From contig CM059432.1 in assembly GCA_030390025.1 (NCBI GenBank), positions 56,236,001 to 56,300,000 on the forward strand: 64,000 nt of DNA. Reading direction: 5' to 3'. A program made the position numbers and the translations under genes. This document shows positions 21,970 through 35,149 of this stretch, piece by piece (the stretch's first letter is position 1; each line of letters starts with the position of its first letter). The DNA is from Squalus acanthias. Lineage: Eukaryota. The notes under the pieces were generated by a model. The model was not told the DNA's origin and did no database searches. It saw only the letters and a program-made list of their open reading frames with translations.

Positions 21970-24785
21970 GTAGGAAAGAATAAAGTAAGGGAGGACATTG
22001 ATGGCCAGGGAATAAATGGTTATAAAACAGGAGTGTAAAAAGGTTAACAATAAAGTGAAAGGAACTGCTATTAAAAATGAGTTAAACTGTCTGTACAGCA
22101 ATGCACACAGTGTCCATAATAAAACAGGGGAACTGGAGGCAATAATACGTTGCAAGGAACCAGACATAGTCGGGATTACTGAGACATGGCTACAGAAAAA
22201 TCAGGATTTGAAATTAAACATTGCAGGGTATAACATATCGAGAAAAGATAGAGGGGAAAAAGGAGAGGTGGAGTAGCTGTACTTATTAGGGATAACATCA
22301 TGGCAGTAGAAAAAAGTGACGCAGCTATCAGCAAGACAAAAATAGAATCCATGTGGATAGAGATAAAAGATAATAAAGGATCAATCACACTAATTAGGGT
22401 AGTCTACAGACCACTTAATAGGGGAAGGGAGGTGGGGGAACAGATATGAAAACAAATTAGGAAAATGAGTAAAAATCATAGAATAATCATCATGGGGGAT
22501 TTCAACTACCCAGATATAAATTGGCTAGATCTAGTAATGGGGAATGAACCAGAGCAGATAAAAGAAGTAAAAGTAGGGGAACATCTAGGCAATAGTGACC
22601 ATCATATAGTATGCTTTAAGATAATAATTGAGAAGGACATAAGTATGACGAAGACCAGGGTAATAGATTCGAGAAAAGCTAATTTTGCGGGGCTGGGAAA
22701 TAGAACTTGGGGAAAATAAAATGGACAACAATACTGGCAAACAATGATGTAGAACAGCAGTGGGAAATATTTAAAGTGGTGTTCAACAGAGCCCGGGAAA
22801 AATATATTCTGCTAAAAAACAAGAACAAGCTAAACACTAATGAAACACCATAGATGAATAAAGATAAAAGGGAAAAATTGAGGGTAAGGAAAGAGGCATA
22901 CATTAAGTACCTGGACAGCAGGAGAGAGCATGATGAGAGAGAATATGAAGAGATTAGGAGAGATGTCAAAAAAACAATTAGAAAGGCAAAAAGGAACTAT
23001 GAAATTAAATTATCAAGGAACATAAAACAAAATAGTAAAATATTTTGCAGGCACATAAATAAAAAAAGGAACGTTTTGAGATGGGAATAGGGCCACTAAG
23101 GGATGGGCAGGATAATATCACAGGCAGTGATAGAGATGGCAGAAATATTAAATAATTACTTTGCTTCAGTATTTACCAGGGAGACAGAACAGGTGGCTAT
23201 GACATCGGATGATGAGATTAGAAATGAGATAAATGCATTTAAAATAAAAAGAGGAGAAATATTAAATAAACTAATCAAACTCGGGATAAAATCCCTGATC
23301 TGGACGGATTACATCTGTGCATTTTAAAAGCATCTAGGGAAGAGATAGCAGAGGCATTACTGCACATGTTTAATAATTTGTTGGAACAAGGTGTAGTGCC
23401 AGAGGACTGGTGGATAGCTAACATAATACCTATATTTAAGAAGGGAGATAGAACATGTCCAGGGAATTAAAGACCAGCCAGCTTAACGACAGTGGTAGGA
23501 AAAATAATGGAATCCCTACTAAAGGAGAAAATAGAAGAACATCTAGAAACCAAAAATATAATGATGAATAGTCAGCATGGATTTCAAAAGGAAAATCTTG
23601 CTTGACCAACCTCATTGAATTTTTTGAAAAGGTAACGGAGAGTGGATAAGGGTAATGCTGTAGATGTAATTCATCTAGATTTTCAAAAGGCCTTCGATAA
23701 GGTACCGCATAATAGACTAATGAATAAACTCTGAGAATGCGGAGTCAGGGGACAAGTAGCAGAATGGATAGCTAGCTGGCTGCAAGTTAGAAAGCAGAGA
23801 GTGGGGTAAAGGGTAGCTATTCAGAGTGGCAGAAGGTGGGAAGTGGTGTTCCACAAGGATCAAGTGCTGGGACCACTGTTGTTCACAATTTATATTAACG
23901 ATTTAGACTTTGGAATCAAAAACACAATTTCTAAATTTGTGGAAGACACCAAATTGGGAGGGATAGTCAATAGTGAGGAGGACTGCAACAAATTACAGAA
24001 GACATTAATAAGCTTGAAGAATGGGCATATAATTGAAAATACGAATCTAAGTGGGGTAGAAGAGCAGAGATCTCAGAGTACAAATACTCCAATCACTGAA
24101 AGTAGTGACACAGGTTAACAAGGCTATTTAAAAAAAAAAAGCAAACCAAACACTAGGGTTTATTTCTAGAGGGATAGAATTGAAAAGTAGAGAAGTTATG
24201 CTAAACTTATGTTGAACCTTGGTTAGACCACACTTGGAGTATTGCATACAGTTCTGGTCGCCATATTATAAAAAGGATATAAAGGCACTGGAGAGGGTGC
24301 AAAAAAGATTTACAAGGATGATACCAGAAATGCAAGGGTATACCTATCAGGAAAGGATGAGCAGGCTGGGTCTCTAATTGCTTGAAAAGAGAAGGCTGAG
24401 GGGTGACCTCATAGAGGTCTTTAAAATTATGAAAGGTTTTGATAAGTACACAGAGTGTTTCCACTTGTGGGGAAGAGCAAAACTAGAGGCCATCAATATA
24501 AGATGGTCACCAGGAAATCAAATAGGGAATTCAGAAGGAACTTCTTTACCCAAAGAGTGGTGAGAATGTAAAACCTGCTACCACAGGGAGTGGTTGAAGC
24601 GAATAGTATAGATGCATTTAAGGGGAAGCTAGATAAGCATATGAGAGAGAAGGGAAAAGAGGGTAATGCCAATAGAGTTAAATGAGGAAAGACTGGAGGA
24701 GGCGCGAGTGGAGCATAAACACCGGCATGGACTGGTTGGGCCGAATGACCTGTTTCTGTGCGGTATATCCTATGTAATCTTATGA
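21970..24785 (+). mobile_element. CR1 LINE ORF2 (APE + RT) and 3' tail, degraded, with internal deletions
   Basis: LNCLYSNAHSV...[55 protein letters not shown]; tail cctatgtaatcttatg. Confidence 0.92.
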
Positions 24786-25985
24786 AGTGTACTCAGAGAG
24801 CGATCTTAACAGCTTGAGTAGAACAGAGGTAGCGAGGACAGAAAATTGGTGAGAATGGGGCAAAAAACTGTTTGGAAAATCAGAAATTAAGTGTGAACAT
24901 TTTCATCATTGATATTTAATCCTACTGTGGCTGTTTTGCATTTGGGATGTTTGTGGCCATTACTCAGTTCTGGGGTCATTTTTGTACTCTTATGGTGTCA
25001 CAAAATGACTTGTAGTAATGTGGGACATGGGAGTGCTAAACATGAAGTGCAGCGCTTCCTGACATCAATGATGAGCTGAGTACAAGTAAAAATTGTCAAG
25101 CATCCCATTGTGTATTCCTTGTCATGTTCCAGGGATCAGTCCTTTTAAAACTTATGGAAAAGTGTACATTTTACTCAATGCCAGTCTCTGTTAAATCTGT
25201 CCCCCTTTTTGTTTTCCTGTTATTTTGCCCTACTTCTGATGTACTCCATGCATCATTGCCTATCTGAAAGACCGGACAGGGAATGATGCTTCAATGCTTT
25301 TACCTGTGCCTGTGTTTAGACAATTTGTAGGAGGTATGTTGAATGATTCACCTTCCATGTTACACCCCCCCCCCCATCTCCCTTGAGATGGTCTGTGCCT
25401 CATCTCTGCTCTCTGTCATCTTCTGATCAACTGAGAATGGCACAGGATGGTTGGAACCTTCTGGTACAGAACTGTAATCCTTAAGTTGCAAAGGAAGAAA
25501 CTTTCTTTGGAATTTACCAGACAATAGCCTAATTGTGAGTCCTCTGGAAAGAAGCACAGAGTTATCCCTAGAACTTTCCTTACACTGTACAAAGCCTGCA
25601 TCAGTCCAATTCTGGAAGATGGCAATCCAGTCTGGTGCACATAGATTAAAAGTCATCATACAATCCCGAACTGAGCAATAATGGTAGCATATCACCTCCC
25701 ACACATTATCTGCTCAATCTATTGGCATATCGGTGAACTCCAAACATAAGTTGAAGCTCTCGCAGAAGTACCTGCATAAGGCATCATTGTCTCTAACATT
25801 GTTGCTACTGATATAGGAAGAGGGCCAGAACCCATCCCAGTATAACACAGCACCTTCTGTGGACCTGCAGTAGGTGGAAGAACTTAACAACATTCAATCA
25901 TGGACAGTGTTATGACAGACATCAGTGGAGTGGCCTGGAACTCCACACACTGGTCAGAATTGACTCATTAATTACACAATATCTT

Positions 25986-26425
25986 GGTCCGTATTTTCCG
26001 GGGCCTATGACCGTGTATGGGGTGCGTATGCGGCCGTAAGTGCCCCACAAGTTCCGGGTTTGCGCTTCTTGACAGATATCCTCTGTTTTTGCTGGCGGAG
26101 AGTTGGCCTATTTGCCCAACTCTAGTCCACCGAATGCCCATGAAACTCTTACGCCTGGTAGAAGCAGGTGTAAGGCTGCCTTTTACCAGCATAAGGGCGA
26201 ATATAAATATTAAAATAAATTTACAAAAAAAAAATCATTTTAACATTCAAAAACCTGTAAAATAAGTTTATTTTTGGCCCCTTGAAAAATGTTTAAATTT
26301 ATTTTTCAAAAAATTACTTTTTTGTTTTAAATGTTTAATTAAATTGTATTTTAATTAATTTTAAACATCTATTTTTTTATTTCAGTGCTGTAAAAATGTA
26401 TTTTTTGGGTGATTCCTATTAATTC
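25986..26425. mobile_element. Left part of a multi-hairpin MITE (same family as 42080-42757), cut by a CR1
   Basis: Shares gggtgcgtatgcg, ggcggagagttgg.ctatttgcc and ctggta.aagcagg..taaggc...ttttaccagcataa, plus the AT-rich tract, with 42080-42560. Confidence 0.8.
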
Positions 26426-29330
26426 TGTCTGTACACCAACAACATTTCCCAATATCTCACCATTTAAAAAAAATACTCTGCTTTTCTAATTTTCCTACCA
26501 AAGTGGATAACTTCACATTTCTCCACATTATATTCCATTTGCCATGTTCTTGCCCACTCACTTAGCCTGTCTATATCCCCTTGAAGCCTCCCTTGCATCC
26601 TCCTCACAACTTACATTCCCACCCAGCTTTGTTTTATCAGCAAACTTGGATATATTACATTTTCTCCCCTCATCCAAATCATTGATGTAGATTGTGACTA
26701 TCTGAGGTCCAAGCACTGATCCTTGCGGTACCCCACTAGTTACAGTCTGCCAACCTGAAAATGACCCGTTTATTCCTACTCTCTGTATTCTGTCCGTTAA
26801 CCAATCCTCAATCCATGCTAGTATATTACCCCCAAACCCATGAGCCCTAATTTTGTTTATTAACCTCTTGTGTGGCACCTTATCGAATGCCTTCTGAAAA
26901 TCCAAATACACCACATCCACTGGTTCCTCCTTATCCTGCTAATTACAACCTCATAAAATCCAACAGATTTGTCAAATACGATTTCCCCTTCATAAATCCG
27001 TGTTGACTCTGCCCAATCCTATTATTATTTTCTAAGTGCCCTGTTAGCACGTCCTTAATAATAGATTCTAGCATTTTCCCTACTACTGATGTCCGACTAA
27101 CTGGTCTGTAGTTCCCCGTTTTATCTCTCCCTCCTTCTTAAATAGTGGGGTTACATTTGCAACCTTCCAATCCGCGGGAACCGTTCTAGAATCTATGGAA
27201 TTTTGGAAACCTTTTAATGTTGTTTCCCAATCTACCTTAGACAACTCACCCCTCATACCTACGTAGTTTGCTTTTAGATTCAAGGCCCTAGTTTCGGATT
27301 TAACTTAATCACTTTCAAACTCAATATAAAATTCTATCGTATTATGGTCACTCTTCCCTAAAGGCCCCTTTACTACAAGGTTATTAATTAACCCTTTCTC
27401 ATTGCACAATACTAGATCTAAAATAGCCTGTTCCCTAGTTGGTTCCTCAACATACTGATCTAGGAAACGATCTTGCATACATTCCATGAATTTGTCCTCC
27501 ACATGATTACTGCAAATTTGGTTTGCCCAGTCTATATGTAGATTAAAGTCCCCCATGATTACTGTATTACCCTTGTTACATGCGCCTCTAATTTGCGGAT
27601 TTATACTCTGCCCTACATTACAACTACTGTTTGGGGGCCCATAAGTAACTCCCACCAATGTTTTCTGCCCCTTGCTGTTTCTTGGCTCCACCCAAACTGA
27701 TTCTATTTGATTTTCGGAGCTAAGATCCTTTCTCTCTACTGTCTTTATCCCATCCTTTATTATCAGGGCTACTCCTCCTCCTTTTCCATTTTGCCTATCT
27801 CTTCTAAAAGTTAAGTATCCTGGAATATTTAGTTCCCAACCTTGGCCACTTTGCAACCACATCTCCATTTATGGCTATTAAGATCAAACCTGTTAATTTC
27901 TATCTGCGCTATTAATTAATCTGTTTTGTTGCGAATGCTTCGTGCATTCAGATATAGTGCCTTTAGCTTTGACTTAATTCTCTTTTTCCCTGATGTTACC
28001 TTAGTCACTGATGCCTTATTACCTGTTTCTCTGTTCCTTCCTGATCCACTCTGCTTATTTTTACCCAAAACTCTACTCTGCTCTAGAGCCTTGACATTTC
28101 TCTCGCTGCTTTTAAATTTACTCTTTCCTGAAGCCTCCCAGACCCCCTTCATTAGTTTAAAGCCCTAGTTATTTGGTTCGCCAGGACACTGGTCCCGTCC
28201 CAATGGAACAGCTCCCTCTTTCCCCAGTACTGGTGCCAGTGCCCCATGAACTGAAACCCCTTCCTCCCACACCACTCTTTGAGTCACACATTTAAACCTC
28301 TGATCTGTTTGTCCCTATACCAATTTGCACGAGGCTCAGGTAACAATCCAGAGATTATTACCTTTGTGGTTCTGCTTTTTCATTTGAATCCTAGCTCCTC
28401 AAACACCCTCAGCAGAGCCTCATTCCTAGTTCTACCTATGTCGTTGGTTCTTATGTGGACCACGACAACTGGATCCTCCCCCCTCCCACTCCAAGTTCTT
28501 CTGCTGCGAGGAGATGTCTTTAACCCTGGCACCGGGCAGGCAACACAACCTTCGGAACTCTCGGTCGCGACTGCAGAGAACAGTATCTATTCCCCTGACT
28601 ATACAACTGCATTCCCTTTCACTCCCCCCACTTGAATGGCCTCCTGCACCATGGTGCCATGGTCAGCTTGCTCATCCATCCTGCAGGCTTTTCCCTCATC
28701 CACACAGGCAGCAAGAACCTCGTACCTGTTAGACAAGGGCAAAGGTTGGGGCTCCTCCAGCACTGCACCTTGGATCCCCTTACCTGCCTGAGTTGCAGTC
28801 ACACCCTCCTGTGCCTGACCACTAACCAGTCCTGTACCACTACTTAACCCAAGGAGTGTGACTGCCTCCTGGATCAAAGTGTCCAGGTAACTCTCCCCAT
28901 CCCTGATGCCCCGCAATGTCTGCACCTCAGACTCCAGCTCAAAAACTCTGAGCTGAAGTTCCTCAAGATGCAGACACTTACTGCAAACGTGATTGTCTGG
29001 GATCACAATGCTCTCCGCAAACTCCCACATGCTGCTGTTGCGGTGCGGCACACCACCTGCACTGCTATCCCTATATAACCTTGTTTTATTTAATTACATT
29101 TGTAATTAGGTAACTTGGCTTACAGTGTAGTTTCTTGACTACTTACTTGATCGAGCTTAAGTTAAGGGTACTGAAATTAAATATCTACCTGTAACACAAA
29201 GCACTACAAGTAGTGTAGGCAAAAAGCAGCAACTCCTTCCCCCTCTTCTCCAATTCCCACTATTTCCAAATTCCCAAATAAAACACTCTGTTCAAGTCCA
29301 CTCCATTTAATCCCACTCTGTGCAGACCGC
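26425..29330 (-). mobile_element. CR1 LINE with 5' UTR, ORF1 (Zn-finger/leucine zipper + esterase), APE and partial RT; internal deletion near 27210; 3' end missing
   Basis: ORFs 28599-29051 (HVCSKCLHLEELQLRVFELESEV), 27305-27868 (APE) and 26558-26920 (YLDFQKAFDKV...[10 protein letters not shown]). 27083-27283 fuses ETTLKG directly to FQNSIDS. Confidence 0.92.
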
Positions 29331-30117
29331 TCTATTGATATCCGTTGAAGTGCTGCAATGTGCTCATTGTGTACAAAGCAGATTACAATTTTTGGTTTAG
29401 TTGTAGAAGTTTTTTTTATTACTCCTGTGGGTTACATCCAATCCCCTTGACCCAGATTTACTTGTGCAACTCTTATGTTTTGGGGAAAAGTGAATTTATG
29501 AAGAATGAAATGCCACAGTAAAATACTTTATAATAGGGGCGGGATGCGAGGGAGGAAGGAAGCCTATCTGCCGGCCAGTGTAGTTGCAGATCTCCCATTG
29601 ATATGGTGTGGATCACCCAGGTCCACCTGCCATTTCGGTTTCTATATAACAATTTTTCCATTTTTACAGTTTGCTCGGCCTTCAATCATTGCCGTTTGTG
29701 TGCAGGTACAATTTGTAAATTTTAATGCTTTTGGCCGTTGCCTTTTGCTTGGCCTCCCACTTCTATACTAGGCCACAGCCCCCCATGCTCCTTCAACATC
29801 TAGCTGGGGCTTGCTGCCTCTTGTGTGCTGGCCACAGCCTGCCCGTCTTGATCCCTGCTCACCTGTTGCCTTGCTGTTCCATGGTTAGGCTGGGGCCTGT
29901 TGCCTGCTGTTTCCACTTATCCAATGAATGGAGTATACTTTTATTTGAAGAATTTCTGCAAGGCAAATTATCTTATTTACCCTTTCTAAGGGAAAGAATA
30001 AGCTAAATATTTTGAAGATTTCCTTTATCCCTTGTTTTAATTGTGAGATGGCCTTTCCTGTATTTAGTGTTTTTTTTGCTGGATTTTTGCTGAATCTTTG
30101 CTCAAGGTGAGAATATT

Positions 30118-30245
30118 GGGTTCTGACGAAAAGTCATTGACCTGAAACATTAATCCTACCGTCCCCTCTCCATAGGTGCTGCCTGACCTGAATGTTTCCA
30201 GCATTTTCTGTATATTTCAGCATCTGCAGTATTATGCTTATTGCA
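30118..30245 (+). mobile_element. Solo Penelope terminal-repeat fragment with a degenerate minimal hammerhead motif
   Basis: gggttCTGACGAaaagtcattgacctGAAAcattaatcc...gctgcctgacctg...tttccagcattttctg...cagcatctgcagta matches the reverse complement of 44680-44810. Confidence 0.8.
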
Positions 30246-31007
30246 AATATCTATATCAGGTAGTGTAACTGTCTTCCACTTGGGCATCCACCAAGCATTT
30301 GCAGGACGTGGAGCCGAGTAAAGTTTCCTTTACTCTGAGCCAATAACCTCAACTTTGGTAGAAAATGCTCTACCTTTTTACATGCCACAACAGGAATTGT
30401 TTTGGCTTTTGAGTGGGATTATCAATTTGTGAACTTTATAGTTTACGCTGTGGAATCTTGTCCACTTGGAGCTGATTTGAGATCGTCCAAGCCATTTTGC
30501 GTATGATCCTAATGCTGGCCAAGGTGGTTTTCATTGTCACTTATGCCAGAAAGAACGGGACACTGTACCACTCGGCCTTCCTCTGAGTTTTATCTTTAAG
30601 CACAAGTCCTGTGCAACTTTTTGTGTAAGTGCATATGTTGCATTGTATTATATTTGGATATAAGCCGAAAGAGACTGGAGAATGGTCAAAAACCGTGGGA
30701 CAGTTTAATTTCATTGAAGTCTTGCTGCATTTAATTTTTTTTTAAATTTGTGATTCTGTGCTCCTCCAGGAAGAGAAGTTTTTTGATTTTTGAACTTGCA
30801 TAGCAGTGTATAATTAGGGGTGACGGAGAAATGGGGAGAGAAACGCTGCATTGATTATTGTGAGTGGGTAACATATATTCAGGAAGACTAGGTAATGCTA
30901 TGAGGTTACCTTCTGGTACATTGAACAGATTAAATGACAATGCTGATTTATTTTTTTAAATGAGTGTGCAAAGGGAGTGAAAGACAATTGTTTGTTCCCA
31001 CTTCTAG

Positions 31008-31034
31008 GGGCACAGGAAGTTCTCATTGATCCAG
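31008..31034 (+). CDS. TRAPPC9: TRAPPC9 27-nt microexon
   Basis: cccacttctag|GG GCA CAG GAA GTT CTC ATT GAT CCA G|gtaccg encodes (G)AQEVLIDP(G), the segment between RHRPG and ALTTNG in recalled human TRAPPC9. Phase 1-1. Confidence 0.95.
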
Positions 31035-32141
31035 GTACCGTACTTCTGCTTTATTAATTAAATTTAAATGCTGCGACAGTTATAAATCTTTGTGTGCTTT
31101 TGTTCTTGCTGTGTATGATGTTTGCTTACAAATAAGATATCGTTTGCATGAAGCGATCAAGATACTGAACTGTTGCAATCTCAAATCAGCAAACATCATT
31201 AGATCAGAAACTTTGTAAATATTTAGAAAAATAATACTGTATGCTTGACGTTTCTATGATCTGTTATACTGCTAAAACTGTTCTTGATTTTTGCATAGTT
31301 TGATAACATACAGTGGGATTTGATTGTGCACGATTGTCAATAAAGCTTTTTGGGTTGTTCTCTTCTACAACCATATATAATGATTTGAAGCCAGTGAAAC
31401 CACAAGGGAAGATTTTTTATGGCCCTTAAAGAGGGCTTTGTTATCCCAACACATGATATCCCATTTTTGAGACTTGAAGTGCTTGCATGGTGTATCTCAG
31501 CAGTTTCTCTTCAGCATCTTTCATTTATGCAAGTGAACATATTTGAGAGTATTTTGACTTTGGGTTAGCTAGTTTATAACGACAAGATTCAGTAATTCTG
31601 AAATGTTTAGAATATGGTTTAATGTGTGTAGGTAGTAGGAAAGTGTGTTTTTTTTCATCTCCTGTTGGCGAAGATTGTTTAGCCCAAATTAATTGTGATG
31701 TGAAGACTGCACATCTTTAAAAAAAAAAAAAAAAAATCTGGAAAAAGATTAATAGCACTCAAGCCACCAAGCACTTAAAGTCCTCAGACCTGTTGTTGTT
31801 CTCGCCTTCCCCTGAAGGGAAGGCAATCTAAATAGAAGGGTGGCTGCTTATTTCAGGATCCACACCGATAGAAAAATGGTTACAGTGTGGTACAATTCAA
31901 AATACCTTACTCGCTGACTCCATTTTTGTTCACTACTTTTGTATCGTCTTGGTCTCCTTCCAAAAAAAAAAGCAACAGGAGGGAATGGGGAAAATCGATT
32001 CCATTACTCTCCGAAAAGATGCAAGAGACTCTGTTCTCATGCATGAGCTACAGATCCTAGTAGGTGAAGAGAACTTTTTGACAGTTAACTCAAGTAAGTT
32101 TCCACTTGGAGATAACAGACTTGGACTTGGGGTGGGCTGCA

Positions 32142-34507
32142 GGGACGCTAAATTGGATAAGGCCTGAAAGTAGTGCAGGCAGCATGCAAAATTTGTGCTG
32201 CCTGCTTATTACCATGATTGCAGTGCTGAGCCCAGCGCTAAAGGCGCTGCTGGTTGGCTCAGCACTCAACAGGGGGCCCAATATCATGTGGAGTCTGCTC
32301 TCTATTTAAAGATTGCCAGCCGTGTGAAAGGCTGTCTGCACTTCTTAAAGTGAAGGTGCTTTGTTACAGAAGTAACTCATTGTGACTGGAGCTAGAGCAA
32401 TGTCTCAACAGGGGAGAGAAAGGGCACCTCTGTTCTCCAATGCAGCACTGGAGGTCTTGGTGCAGGGGGTCTATGGACAGGTCCTCTACCTGCAGGGGGA
32501 CAGGAGGCCTTCCAGACACACTGCGAAGGCAGTGGGAGGAGATCGCAGAAGCCATCAGTGCCACCAGTCTTGCCCCAAGACATGGATCCAGTGCCGGAAG
32601 AAGTTTAATGACCTCACACGAGTGGTCAAGGTGAGTGAATTCATCTTCAAATGCCATATCCCACGAACTGCACCTCTAGCCTCACACACTGCTCAATGCA
32701 CCACACCCTCCTCACTCACCTACCAGCAATCTCCTGCACTCACGACTCAAACCTCACAATCATAGTTTCACCTCCCCCTCACACACTTAACCACAGCTGC
32801 AAGCCTCACACCCACATCTCACACCTTGCACACAATGCCAGCTATTCTACCATGCCAGGCACATCACCCAAACACATTGCAGCACACTTCCCTTTCTCAT
32901 GCAGGCCAAGGTGGCTCACAACCAGTGAGAGCAGGAACAAATGGGTGGGGATCATGCACGGCTGTAGAACCTGACTCAGCTGGAGGAGACTGTGCTGGAG
33001 ATCATTGGAGGGGCCGTCACTGAGGCCTTGGCGATTGGTGAGGCTGAAAGCATTGATGATGACGATATGCTCATACCTAATCCTACTCGCATCCCATTTT
33101 CCCCTCATCCCACTTTCCTCTCATCCCACAATCTCTTAACACTTACAAGCATGCACATATTGCTTTTTACCCCCCTCCCCTCACCACAACCCGACCCTTG
33201 TGCCTTTCTCCTATCAGATACCCAAGAACTGCCAGCAACCTGTGCAGGGAGAAGTAGAGGAGAGGAGGAGGTACTGTCACTTGATCTGACACTCCCAGGC
33301 ACCAGCTTAGAAAATGGCACTGCACAAACTTTAGAGGGTAGTATAGAGGCGGGATCTGCATGTGGTGAGTCACCGGGCACGAGTGGGCTGCAGCCAGACC
33401 AGGGGGAAAAGGTAGAGCAGGTGCCAGTTCCCCAGCGGGCGAGGTCACACATGACTTCTGCTGCACAGGACTCGGATGAGGATTTCGATGGGGTAGCCTC
33501 AGAAGAATGGTGATGGCATGCACACAGAAATGCTTGGTGCAATGCCAGGCCTGCCAGAGAGCCTCTTGTCACTGTCAAGGAGCATGGAGGAGTCCGGCTC
33601 CAACATTGCATGGGGCTTTGCGCTGAGCTTGGAGCTCATGATTTCCAGGATGGAAGTGATGGACAACTCCATTCGAGCACTTGTGGACCCAACCACAATG
33701 CTGCATGTAATGGCCGATGTCTCGGCTTCCATTGCAGAACAAGAGGAAGCGACCCAACATCTGAGTGCTGCAGTGGAGGTTCATACTTCTGTCATGCAGG
33801 CTCAGCTTGCTGCCACACAAGATCAGTCTGCTGCCATCGTGTTTTGGTTTACGAGTGTGGAAAGGGGATTGCCGGGCCTCGCCCCAGTCCAGCAAGCTGT
33901 GCTTACTAATGTTGAGGCGCCGCCCAGGGGAGTGGCTGTGGCAGTGGCTCCGTGGAGCATGAACCTGCTGTCCTCTCTCAGGATAACATTCTTACTTCCA
34001 CCACTGACATTCCGCCAGTGGCATTTCAGTTGCCTGTCAGCCAGCCACCCTAGACTGTTGCCGCCCATGCCGAGGTGGTACAGTCGACAGCCGAACCTTC
34101 TTGGCCCAGAGCTAGTCGAGGTCATCCTGCAAGGCCATCCACAGTGTGCCCCGTGGAAGGTACTCAGCCTTCCACCAGCTATGCTGCAGCCACTGGGGTC
34201 GCACTGCGTAGGAGCACTAGAATAGGCAAAACGACACGAAAGACAGATGCTAAGGGAATGCACAAGGGTGATTAGTTGACTTTGTAATGTATTAATTAAT
34301 TCATAATTCATAAATGTATGTTTTTATGGTGAGTTTCATTTCAGCATTGTGCCCATTGTGCTGTGATGTTCCATGATGGAGGGATGGTAAGGTGGGGAAG
34401 TGTTGAGCAACGGGGATCCGGAGTTTGATGCTGCGCTCGCGGACAGCCTGTCCAGAATGAGGATTTGCAGGCTTCCTTGTATTCCTCGTTATTCCTCTTC
34501 CTTGGAG
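32142..34507. mobile_element. Decayed PIF/Harbinger DNA transposon: spliced Myb/SANT gene (+) and the C-terminal tip of the transposase (-)
   Basis: See the Myb/SANT pseudogene below. Minus strand ~34410-34505 gives an acidic stretch then SGQAVRERSIKLR, like Harbinger transposase C-termini, converging on the Myb gene. Confidence 0.72.
32400..34275 (+). pseudogene. Harbinger-derived Myb/SANT-like (NAIF1/MSANTD-type) DNA-binding protein pseudogene, 3 exons (32400-32630, 32905-33064, 33218-~34275)
   Basis: MSQQGRERAPLFSNAALEVLV.../LRRQWEEIAEAISATSLAPR/TWIQCRKKFNDLTRVVK|gtgagt; catgcag|AKVAHNQ*EQEQMGG...LTQLEETVLEIIG; third acceptor ctatcag at 33217. Contains frameshifts and stops. Confidence 0.8.
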
Positions 34508-34910
34508 GAACATAGGAACAGGAGTAGGCCATTCAGCCCCTTGAGCCGGTTCCGCCATTCAATGAGATCATGGCTGATCTGCCACCTAACTCCAGTTACC
34601 CGCTTTTGCCCCATATCCCTTCATACCTTTGATTAACAAAAATCTATCAATCTCCGATTTAAAATTAACAACACGAGGAAAAACTTTTTTACGCAATGAG
34701 TGGTTAGGATTTGGAATGCTCTGCTTGATAGGGTGATGGATACACATTCAATCGTAGCCTTCAAAAGGGAATTGGATAAATACTTGAAGGAGAAAAAATT
34801 GCAGGGCTATGGGGAAGTGGGATTAACTAGATTGCTCTTCGAAAGAGTCGGGCGCAGGCTCAATGGGCCGAATGGCCTCCTTCTGTGCTGTACTATTCTA
34901 TGATTCTATA
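34508..34910. mobile_element. Two short CR1 3'-end fragments in divergent orientation (minus 34508-~34670; plus ~34673-34910)
   Basis: gaacataggaacaggagtaggcc... is an antisense tail. It is followed directly by aggaaaaacttttttacgcaatgagtggttagg...ctattctatgattctat, a sense tail. Confidence 0.8.
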
Positions 34911-35149
34911 AAGAGTCAGAAATGGACAATGTGAAGGTGAGGTATAGGTGAAAATTGGAAGCCTAGTTAATAAAAGTCTCAAGATTAGAACAAGAATAGG
35001 AAACTGCACCATCAGTCACTGATCTACCAGAAGAGGCGATGACTGAGGGGCATTGGATTCGCACAATATTTTACATCTACAAAAAGATGGGCAAAGCTGA
35101 TATTCATAACATGTTTCCCTAGCAACACCTTTTGATCTGGAGGAAGTAA

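Noticed and set aside
32400..34275. Functional nested NAIF1/MSANTD host gene
   Set aside because: Two frameshifts in the Myb domain, in-frame stops in the second exon and a mutated donor.
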